Shown: positions 38,031 to 49,300 of the stretch, piece by piece | Numbering within the stretch: position 1 is the first letter of the stretch | How the letters are laid out: each line of letters opens with the position of its first letter | Source of the DNA: Yuukianura sp. NJ FZ-2021 | Lineage: Eukaryota | NCBI GenBank assembly: GCA_046563655.1 | Contig: CM102290.1 | Coordinates: forward strand, 13,206,001 to 13,270,000 | Direction: 5' to 3' | Length of the DNA: 64,000 bases | Notes under the pieces: generated by a model | Seen by the model: only the letters and a program-made list of their open reading frames with translations | Told to the model about the DNA's origin: nothing | Databases searched by the model: none | Program-made: the position numbers and the translations under genes

Positions 38031-41000
38031 TCAGAGGAAATACAACTGGTGAGCCAAATTTTCATGAATGTACTGGCCCTCCTCACGGTAAGTCGTTCCA
38101 GTCAAATAGGATAGCTTATGTGCATATTGGCAGACGAAAGGCACAGACACGGTTCCCGTCCAGTTATAGTAGAGATGGCAGAATTTGTGAGACAGAATCT
38201 GCAAACGATCTGGCGGGAACTTGTCTTCTACTCTGAGTACATTGTAAGTCGTCGGACTCACAGTTTGTCCCCTCCGTGGTTGTTGCGATATAAGGAAAAA
38301 GTCAAATCTGAAATCAAACAGGAACCCTTGCAGTTAGTACAATTTTGGATTTCTATTCTATTAACCGTTAATTAAGTATAATACCTTTCTGGCATTGTGA
38401 TGACACTGTCGACACATGTTCCCGGTTGTGGATTGTCAACTTCTCCTCTGAACTTTCGCATCAATCGAGCATTTCCCTTCTTCGTAACAATGATGAAATT
38501 AAATTTGAGTATTTTGTTGGATCCACTGTAGACTCCCTGGATACTTTCCTGTAAAACCAATATGGTAATGAGTGGAACTGTCAACTTACGAACAAATGTG
38601 AACATTCAAAATGTTTTAAACTTACCAAGAGTTGTCTCACTTCATGGTCGTTTACATACTGAAAAATTTAAAAAAAAAAGTAAGGGAATGGGTTTACACC
38701 AGCAATGCATGTGCATCAACAGAAAATACAAGCGGAAATGCATAGGCAGTAGTTTAATAAGCATTTACAAAGTTTTATTTTTAGAAATGCTTACGGTGAG
38801 GTCTCCTTCTCCAACACCATCACGGTACATGAACACACGATCCGGCAGCTCGTTATTCTTTTGTTGAAAAGCCATGAGACATTCTGTTAAAAAAAAAATA
38901 TTTACAACTCTCTGACCGTGGTTGAGTAATATTTTTAAGCTAATAAGCTCTGTTACTTGTGAAATCTTTGCACATATTATCCGATAAGTTATCAGCATTG
39001 CAGTGTGTAGACACGGTGGAGAAAAACTGCGAAAAAGAATTGTTGGTCGTTGCAACCATAGCTCCAATTGATATCTTGGCCTTCCCTTTGCCACTGTGGT
39101 GAACGTCAAAACCAACGACCATGGTGTGCTGTAAAACCAAAATGGCACAAATTAGAACCAGAATGAATGGCAAGGCAGTACAAGTACTCCGCAGTATTAA
39201 TCCATAAAGATTACACTCTGTTTGAATGGATTCACAGCAACCCATGGTGAACCTCCAAGCTTAGCATTCATTTGAATCACGACCTTGGTGCAAACGCTTT
39301 TCAACCCTCCTGTTTATTAAAAAAAACAGATGAATCAAATATTTCATTTTACAAATAGTATACTAGTGGGAAATTCGTAGTTGTTTACCTTGCTTCTGCT
39401 CTGCGAGATGTTTCGACTGGAAGCACTGTGACCGCACTATTGATAACAAGAGTCAGTCACTTTCTAGGCTTGATAATCTCACTACACTATGAAATTTTAT
39501 GATTATGAATAATTTGAAATACCTCCGAACTCGATGTTGCACCTCTTCTTGATAGCAGCATACGCGTCTTGGGAATTGTTCGTCAAAATGACGAATATCA
39601 TTTGCAAGCCCTTGATCTTATCCACTGCTTCGTTGATTCCATTGACGTAAGCTCTGCTCGCATCTCTTCTGGTGTCTGGACATGCGATGCTGAAAACATT
39701 ATTTACACGATATTGAGATTACACGATTTTGTGAGAAGTGATACAGAGAATGAATTGACGAATGCTTCTTACACTTCTGGGTTTGGGTTTATAGGAAAAT
39801 TTAAGCCATTAGCAACAAATTTCAGCGCATCCAGAAGTCTGGATACTGAGCTTCGATTCTCAGTCCCTACGATAATGGCCCAGTTCTTCATTTCAATGGA
39901 ATTGTGCATCCGCATTTTTCCTGCATACAAAACGATAAATTATGATACTAAAAAGTGAAAGACACAGTAAAACGTTTTTACTAAAAACTGAAGACATTGA
40001 CTCACCTTTGAAGTTATTAGTCCAATCTGCATTCGGTTCAACTTGAAACTTCTCTTCTGCATCGTTCCTGATGTTACGCATGATCATGTTTTCTGGCGGT
40101 AGAATTCGACCTGGAACGTCAACCATGTTGCTATTTACCGACATGCCCCACTCTTTGAGATTTCCTTGAACCTGTTTTGGAGTATAAATTAACGTTTGAG
40201 TAACGTTGTCATATTGAAGTAGAAAAATACTGTGTGCTAGAGTGCAAGTATTTTCTTGTGATGGATACCTGAAGATTCGATGTCAGTCTGCCCATAAACG
40301 ACATGAGTTGGTCGTGGCGCCTCCTGGGTTCCAATGAAGTGACACTGTGAATGTCACGCATTAAGTTGAAGTCACTCTTTTGATACTCGGAGAGTCCAGT
40401 AATGTTACAAAGCTCTGGGATAAGAAGGATATTCGAGCTCATTCCACGATGACGATCTCGTCGGCTCGGTTTACTGATCAGCAGTGGCTGATTCATATCC
40501 CGAATCCGAAATCCTGGATACTTTTCGTTGTAATAATCCAAGAAAGACTTTTCTTGCTTCTGGTCCCCACGACCTAGTTCGAATGTTGATCCAGGGGTTT
40601 TGTCCCAGTCAATGTCATGAATCTTGTAGGTCTTTCGGTTGTACTTGGTGATAACGACGTTCCCTACAATCTCACTCTGAATTCGTGGTTTATTAAACCC
40701 ACAAGATTGTATCACTTCCAAGCAATTTTCCAAGCGAAGGACTTTGGACCTGAGGTCAACATTGACCAATAATCCTCCATCGTAACAACGCAAGGCGACT
40801 GAGTATCCAGGCCAAATCTCCAACCTGGAGTTGGCCAGCTGCTTTGTGTTTTCCCGTTCAAAAAAATGTCGACCAATCTCATCTAATCCCATTAGTCTCA
40901 AACACGTTCTGACGATGATTCCGTAAACTTGGAGGTATTGTGAATCTCCAGGCTCAACTGTACCAACTTGCTTGATCGTAATTTTGACCTGTTGACCGGT

Positions 41001-41774
41001 ACTGCTCATGGAGTATTTCTCAGAATCCTAAAAATTAATTAAACTTCAGAAAAAAAGAAATTTAAACATAGGTATACTAAAAAGAGGATTTCTCACCAAA
41101 TTAGCAAGAAAAGAATACAGATTGCTGCCATCAAAGATGTATCCGTGCAGATCACTTTGATGAGCACGGACTAAAGTACGTTTGTCATGCGTCTTTTCTG
41201 GTTCGGGGTCGAAGTCAACACGGTAATTGTAAAGGGTCAAGTGGTCTGCAGTTGTTTTGACCTTGAAGTAGTTGGCCAATAGTTGAACATGTTCTCCGGA
41301 TCGACCTAACTTGCTTTCGACATTATCCGGTTTAGTTTTGACGTTGTCATAACTTCGGATCTCTTGCTCTTTCAGTTCCTGCCTCTCCTTTTCCATTTTT
41401 GCCCGGAATTCGTCTGGAGGTAAACGAGGACGTCGTCCGCGACCACCACCGTTGCCTCCACGAGATCCGCGGTCACCGCCTCCACGAATGTGAGGATCGC
41501 TTCCTCTACTGCTATGACCACCTTCACCTCTGCCATAACTGTCATCTCGTCTTTGGCGCTTCGAATCTAAAGGACAGAATGAGTTAAATTATTAGCAAAT
41601 CAAGAGTTGCCAGGGTCAGTAATTAGAATTTTTGTCAGTGACCTCGTTAACGGTCAACAATTTACCTTCATCTCTGCTCTCGTCCCGCTGTCTACGACGA
41701 TCACCTCCGCCATTTCCTCCGCCGTATCCCCCTTGATAACCGGCTCCACCACGACCCCGTGGTGTGTAAGACAT
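38031..41774 (-). CDS. piwi: PIWI-clade Argonaute A (Piwi/Aub-like) with a variant catalytic tetrad D-N-D-H
   Basis: RG-rich N-terminus (MSYTPRGRGGAG...), LLANYF, PAZ (YNRKTYKIHDIDW...LLIPELC), MID (YAAIKK, SQC, QMNAKLGG), PIWI domain (GFDV, YRDGVGEG, PGT, HLYYNW, CQYAHKL) and C-terminal LYFL. All exons join in frame. Confidence 0.95.
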
Positions 41775-42040
41775 TGAGTGTAATTCTGCCGCTATTCAAT
41801 CTTATGTGTTTTGGAGCAACTTTGTTTTTATCTTCTGTAAAGAAGCAACACTGACAATTTGAGGCTAGCCAAACGCATACTGAGACACCACAAACTAAAC
41901 ACAACAAATCCAAACAAAAAATCTTGCAGGAAAGGATAGGAGAAATATTTTTTGACCGTTAGCGCCTGCCGGCTTCTCTCCTCCCTCTCCAGAACCTCCC
42001 TATCTAAAACCACACGACATTTGAACATTTCGAATCGTAA

Positions 42041-42420
42041 TACCGCAAATCTCCAAATAGTGGCCCAGTTCCAAATAATGTCTCCCTCATTAGCGCGCAG
42101 TGTTGCTGGACGCTTAAACGTCCAGTGGTTTATTTCCAAATAATGCAAACCCGCAGGCAAAGCTCCACCTCTTTGAATTCATCCATTTCGTCCATTTCTT
42201 CCACTGGATATCAGCCGTGGATTCAATGCCGAAAAAGTGGATATTCACTATCCAGCAACACGGTTAATACCCCATACCCCTCACATAATAGTACCCCGCC
42301 ATATTCCTCCTTGATAGACCCTATACCACATAAACCTGAAGGCCGACGGTAGAATTATTAAAATCCGGTTCCCCGGATAGTAAATAATACTCCGGAGGTA
42401 CTATTCGGAAATCTACGGTA
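42041..42420. mobile_element. Family-B Tc2-like MITE just 5' of the PIWI-A coding start
   Basis: taccgcaaatctccaaatagtg ... gtactattcggaaatctacggta. Confidence 0.65.
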
Positions 42421-44689
42421 AGATAGCATCTAACCGAAGAAATCATAAACGGCTTGGAAGGAAAGCCAATAAGGTTGAACGAACTGATTTAATTAACTAG
42501 GCTTTTGCTTTTGCAGCAGTAATCATAGTTTTTACATGAACGTCTTCAAATTATAAAAGTCTTAAAGAAAATGCATAGTGTGTGGTTTAATCAGTGGTGA
42601 TTTTGCATTAGAAATGATGAAATGAATGAAAAACGAGTAGAATTGTTAGAGAAGCAAAAATGTGGAGTCTTCAACTTAGAAAATGTAGTGTCAGCAAAAC
42701 CACAGTTAGCAACAACGCGTGTAATCTAATTTACTCGTTTCAAATTTTTATAGCCGTAAACAATTTTTACTGCAAATGGTCACCCCATCTATTTCCTTAT
42801 TACTTTTTGTTCTCCGAAATTTTCTACCAGTACCGCCAACGATTGTATTAATTGTAGTAACCATAAGGAATTAAAATTATTTTTAGCTAATTTTAATTAT
42901 TCTTTTGAAAAGTAATGTCTTTTATTACTTTTAAGTTTCAGTTTTACACGCTTCAGTTTTTTCAGTATTTAGTACGAGGTCATGATAATTTTAGGCGTCC
43001 TTCAACCGGCCCTGTTGCCGAAGGGCTTGTTCAAAGGGCTCCCAAAATAGATCCCTACCCGGTCAAATTACAACGACAATGTACGACTTAAATGTTGGTC
43101 CAACGGACAACGAAAAGCATAAAAGCAAACCCATGCAGTAATGCCAAGTGGAAAATGTACTTTATGAATAAGTTTCTTTGAAAAACTGAAATTGGATACC
43201 ACGGATGCCCATGACAAACAAAATAGTCTGTCTCGAAGAAAAACTAATGGGAAAGGTCAACCAGGTCAACCCGATAGCCATTTCGTTAAGTTTGTTATTG
43301 GATGTCGTAAAATGAACCTTAAAAACTGAAATGTCAGTTCATACGGAGATTTGTTTGTCAGAAATGCCCGCTGGGCAGTTCCAATCCAACTTCAGGTCCT
43401 TGTCTCATAAATTCAGCGTTTAATCGACCTTGCTTCAAGTTGCAGCAAAAGTAAAAAGTGGGTTGGATAAAATCAGCAGGGCCGGAACAACTAAAAACTC
43501 GGCCGAGTAAATTTTCCCGAAATTAGAACATTAGCATTGACATTGATTAATTACCATGGATTTCGTTAGAGTTGAATAATTAAAATTAAAATTATTAAAA
43601 ATTAAAGTTAAAACGTATATAAATCCGTCACATTGAAATTGTATTTTCTTTATTGTGAAATCGATTACAATTTCGTAAATTCCGTAAATCTGTTTGCGTT
43701 TTTTTTTTTTTTGAAGTTAGAGGTACTAAGACGGACGTGACGGCCCTGTTCTGATCGTTTTGGACGATGGAATATCTTCTTACATAGATTACCACTATGT
43801 CCTGTTTATTTCGTAGAAATAATCTTTGAAAAAGTGCTGATGCTGTACATTTGAGGGGCTTTAACATTTCCAAAATTCGAACCCAACCGCCTTCAGCACG
43901 TTGGTTCAAGGACACACACTTGCTTCAGGGTTGCTTCAAAACTGTAAAAGAAACACAGTAGAAACCCCGGGTTGGTTTGGCTTTGGAACTAAGGACCAAT
44001 GGGACGCTTAATTTTTTTTCACATTTCAAAACGCATGAACAATTCGCTTTAAATTTGTTTCAATTTTTTCTATGATAGCATGTAGCTACCATGGGGTTCA
44101 TGAATCGCTGAATGTTCATCAATGCTAGCAAAAATTTAGATTTTCCTTTACTCAGATCACTAATAGTTCGGGGGTGGATTGACTACAAAGTACGATGTAC
44201 TAATTGCCACCCTAACCGAAGAATAAGGCGGGTTTAGTGCACAGAAAATAGTTTTGACCCCCTAGGTTCTATAAAACCCGGATTTTTAGTCTAACTAATG
44301 TGACAAAGATGCAGAACAAAGAAGTCACTATAGTACTTATAGTACTACATATAGTACTTGTAGTACTATAACGTCTCTCCATGCGTTTAGCACTACTTGA
44401 AACTTTAGATATTTTTGAACTTCAACAAGTTGGACTTAAGGAGCTAAATTTAAGTAGAAAACATGAAAAAATGCTGTGAAGAAATAGACTTTTAGGAACA
44501 GAAGGGCCTCTTTTTCTTTGTTCAACTCATTCAGCTTAAAAGTTTAGAGCTCAAATTTTGTCAAAAGTATAAAAATTTTATTTTAAAAAGCCTTACTTTG
44601 TTTTTCTAAAAACCACTTCCATAACCTTTGTAGTTTTCCATTGAAATTGACCCCAATCTATTGTCTCTTCGTTCCTTCCCGTTCTATTG

Positions 44690-44910
44690 TTAATTTTTCG
44701 GTTCTCTCGACCATAAAATTTACTTCGACGCTCTCTGTTCAGTCAGCCTTTGTTCTTCAAGTCTTCTCTATTTGCTCCACTCCGTTTGTGGTTAATTGCG
44801 ATTTCAAGTCCATCTGCTAACTAACAAAGTCAACAAAATAACTGCTGGGTACACAGAAATTTCAACCGAGATTCAAACCGATTAATCGACTCCTGTCATC
44901 CTTCAAAAAG
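44690..44910 (+). promoter_or_regulatory. Putative TSS and non-coding first exon of PIWI-B
   Basis: Pyrimidine-rich stretch with an Inr-like TCAGTC (~44738), ending in an AAG|GTAATT donor at ~44910. An acceptor TTTTAG sits just upstream of the ATG at 46393. Inferred, not demonstrated. Confidence 0.4.
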
Positions 44911-44974
44911 GTAATTGATTATCAAATTATAAGCATTTTTGTGGTATTGGCAGCATACAATAGTTCATATAAGC

Positions 44975-45212
44975 AGCGTTGTCAAAAATATGTGCTAAAA
45001 GCCTCGAAATATTGATAAAAAATAGTTTTTTTTTTAAATCGCCCAATATTTCATAATTTAACATTAATGGCATATGCAAAAAATATTTACTAAATCTAAA
45101 AAAAACTTGGACAAAAAACTTTGTTTATTAACATTGTTAATAAACAAATATTTCCGCAATTTGTTAATTTAGCATTAGGAGCATAGAGACTAAATATTTT
45201 TGACATCGCTCT
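44975..45212. mobile_element. MITE-like inverted-repeat element upstream of the PIWI-B ATG
   Basis: gcgttgtcaaaaatat / atatttttgacatcgc. Confidence 0.55.
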
Positions 45213-45321
45213 TCATAAGAGATGCGATGAGACCGGGAGTCACTCCGAATCTGCGATCAGTTCTTGGCGCTCACTTTGAAGAGAAAGTGGTTCTCTTTAT
45301 TTTCGGTAATTGGCAAGTTGA

Positions 45322-45548
45322 AATTCCGGTTGAAGTAAGCGATCCGTAGTTTAATAGCTACACTGTGTAGTAACTTAGGTTGACCCTTTAGCTTGGTATT
45401 TTTTAGTAACATGTTTTATGTAACATTTGATATAAGTAGCTACATGCAATACCAGCGTAGCCACCTACCTTGTGGCTACATATTGGTTGCCAGCGGCTAC
45501 ACTGGTTGACTACAAGGGTTATCGTTAATACTTACTTCAACCGAAATT
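45322..45548. mobile_element. MITE, family F copy
   Basis: aattccggttgaagtaag / cttacttcaaccgaaatt, matching the TIR at 19442-19574. Confidence 0.7.
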
Positions 45549-46392
45549 CTATTCTGCAAAATCTAATGTTGTTATTTTCTTTTTTCGAATACCATACACA
45601 ACACAGTATACATAATACATAACTGCATAATATCTATGCAAGTATGTATATTATAAAAGGTTTGAAGCATAACCTTACCATAAACTAAGCTCAAACGTTT
45701 TCCAGAATTTATCAACCGCAACATTACGAAGGCTGACGCGGAATACAAGAGTTAGAAACACAACTTATTTTAATTGGAATATTTATTAAAGTACATAACT
45801 TATTTATTAATTAAATTATGAAATACTTATTTATTAAAGTAGAGCAGTGTTTATATTAATTATAAGTGCAAAGTGCAATACTGTTGAGCACCACCTACGA
45901 TTTTAGTGATATGTAATTAATTTTCCACACTGATGTCAATCTGAAAATTTTTTTCTGGACTCTACAAATTTGTAACTTCTATACAATCTTAAACATAGGT
46001 ACATTTTACCGCACACTAAACATTTTAGTGTGCGGCAACCATAATATTACTACTTTACCGCGGTGAAAGGAAATTTACATTACAGTTACCCTACTGCTAA
46101 CTACTTTGGAATCCAAAGTTTTGAAAAATCCTGCTGTATCCAAACTTTGTATACAACAAAAAAAATTACGGAAAATTCCGTAATTACTTTGTTCTTTGAA
46201 GAGTCCAGACAAATTTTTTTCCAAATTACGATTCAGCATAGTATAGAAACTAATTAGCACCGAAATCGGGGAAATGGTGACCATAGACAAATATTTCTTC
46301 GCGGAGTCCGAAATTTTTTTGAACTTCCTTACTATTAGTAGCATTCATGAAATTAAAATTGGTTGTTTATTATTGATTTTAGACACTTCGCT

Positions 46393-49300
46393 ATGTCAAA
46401 CGCTTGGGCTGGACGAGGAGCACGAGGTGGAGGTGGGCCGAGAGGCGGTCGTGGTGGGGCTAATGGTGGTGGACCACGGCCACCACAGCCGAACAATGGC
46501 GGCGGACCTTATCCACCATTGAGGCCACAGCATCACTCTCAGGGTAATCTGTCCGATTACTTTTATGCATTAAGGCTATGTGCGGTTACGGTTCAATCTC
46601 TGAGCAGAGTGTGAGATAAAAAAATGAAGGCAAATATAATTAGTCCGAACTTAACGGAAATTCCAGGCATGGCTTCCGTAACCCAAAACATGGCCAACAT
46701 GAATGTTTCTCAACAACAACGACAGCAACAACCACAACGCGGAGGTGGTGGACAGCATGAAGGTATGTTTTGGAACTTGATTACTAAAAATAGTCCCGTC
46801 GTGAGAATTTTGAATGTTTCAAATTGCCCCAATCGAACGATGTGTTCCATTGTTGCCGATTTTATCAAGCAAATTGAGCCCATATGCCTTAAATCTAGTG
46901 TTCCCAGTTTCGGTCACTTTTCAGAATTTTTGTTTGAAAAGAACGATTACACAGTAGGCGCATGCGCCACGTCTAAAACCTGGCCACGCCCCCAAAATTT
47001 TCAAATTTACCAGGCCTCCTATAATGTCAAAATAAGTTTCGGTCATTTCGTTAGACTGAAAAGTGCTGGTTCGAAATGTCCAAAAAACTTTTTCAGAGGC
47101 GGACGATTAAAATGTTCAAAAAACGTTTTCGGGCGGACGATTGAAATGTCCAGTGACTGAAACTGGGAACATTGTCTGAATCTCTTATGTTTAGGAATGA
47201 GTAGCCGCGGTCGTCCTCACCGTGAACAAGGTGCAAGCGGGTATTCTGATGGGAACCGTGACCAAGGATCCAGTAGTCGCTCTGGCGGGAATGGACGGAG
47301 TCGTGGTGCAGATCAAGGAAGTGAAGGACCGAAGAAGAGAGGAAGGCGGGAAAACAATTTTGACCTCGTGTTGTCACGTAATGCCGTTTGTGGACCCGAT
47401 CGGCCGTCGAAACGAGGTGCTGGTGGAGAGAAGATCCAACTCGTTGCGAATTTGTTCCCGTTGAACAAAAAGCCCGACTGGACACTCTACAACTACCGAG
47501 TTGACTTTAAAAATGCGCGGGAAGGAGGGGAAGAAGAACAACGTACGTTTGTCAAGAAAGGACTACTGGCTGAACAGAAGAACTACTTGGGCATGCACAT
47601 CTTTGATGGATCAAACTTGTACACGATAGCAAGACTTACACCGGAGGTAAATTCATCGTTAACTAATCAATTTCTTAATTTGACCAATATCTTATTATAT
47701 TTCAGCCGTTAATCTTGACCTCTCTTCGAAGAAACGATAATACTCCGTTTGAACTTACGATTACTCTGGTTGGTCAACTTCACCCGACGGATGTAGCCTA
47801 TCTCCAATTCTTCAACATCATCATGAGAAAATGTCTGTCACTGCTCAAGTTTACTCTGATTGGTCGACATTTCTATGATCCTGAAGCCGAGATCAATTTA
47901 GCCCAAATTGGCTATGTCCTCATTCCTGGATTCATTACGAACATTCGACAATACGAAGAACGGCTCATGATGTGTGTTGAAATTACACACAAAGTACTCC
48001 GCGAAGGGTCATGTTTACAACTGAGGCGACAATGTCGGAATAACAACGAGTACCGAGACATGTTGGTAGGATCAGTCGTCCTCACCCGTTACAACAACAG
48101 AACGTACCGTGTAGATGACATTGCCTGGGACCAGAATCCAAGCACAACGTTTGAAAGCAATGGAACCCGCGTTTCTTTGGCTGAATACTACAACCGAAAG
48201 TATCAGCTGAGAGTTAATGATATGTCACAACCACTCTTAGTTTCACGTCCGAGAGCCCGGGATCTTCATCGAGGAGATAATCAAACGATTCTTCTCATTC
48301 CCGAATTTTGCCATCCTACTGGAATCCCTGATCAGGACAGACAAAACTATACCAAGATGAATGCTCTTTCAACCTACTTGCAGCAAGATCCAAGTAGACG
48401 AGCAGCGTCAACAATTGGATTCATGCGGCGCCTGCGTACTTCGGATACTGTAAGTTTATTAAACGAAAGCTACTTTATGGCTTGACCTTGTCTGTCTGTC
48501 TGTCTGGCCGGCCGTACATTGATGATTCTTTGTTTGAAATTTGATTTTAACAGACACGCACTCACCTTACTAGCTGGGAGCTTGGGTTTGAAGGGATGGA
48601 TTTGGTCAATATCCAAGAAGGAAGAGTGTTGCCACGGGAAACCCTCTTTTTCAGAGATCCGAAGACTCCGTTCAAGGTTCCGGCTAATGCTGATTGGACG
48701 TCCGAATTAAGAACCGGTACGACTTGTTGTATTTGGAGTTAATTGTTGTAAATAAGATTTTAATGACGCATTCTTTCGTTCACTAGGTTCTGCAAATAAG
48801 ATGGCAGCAGCCCAGGAGTTCCGTAACTGGGTTCTCATTACACCAGCACAAGTGAACACCAATGACCTATTGAGCATCATGATCAAAGTGGGAAATGGCA
48901 TGGGGTTCCCGGTTTCTAACCCGCTTCATATGTAAGTCAATTTTTCCGTTTGACAATGATTCGATTAGTCCATATTTTGTACAATGATGTTCAAATGTTT
49001 TAGAGAGAGGATTCAAGACACAAGAGTCCATGGCTATTTGACGGCTCTGGAGTCCGTCAAGAACAATTTCAAAACGGCCAACCTCATTTTCACGGTCATG
49101 CCGCAAGCAAAGGACACGAGTGCGATTTACAACGAGGTCAAGAAACGCTGCCTCACTGTTTACGGGAGTAAGTCAATTTGAACTCCTACAAACAAAAATT
49201 AGTCGCTTTTCACATGTAGTAACATGAGTTTTAACTTTTCAGTTCACAATCAGTGCTTTCAAGCCAAACACCTCAGCCCGAACAACAGCGGAAGGTTGAT

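Noticed and set aside
38031..41774. PIWI-A as a pseudogene because its ORFs look fragmented
   Set aside because: Every break corresponds to a GT-AG intron and the exons join in frame without stops.
46624..47160. 178-aa ORF as a separate gene
   Set aside because: Only ~46668-46761 is a PIWI-B exon; the rest is read-through into an intron containing a MITE.
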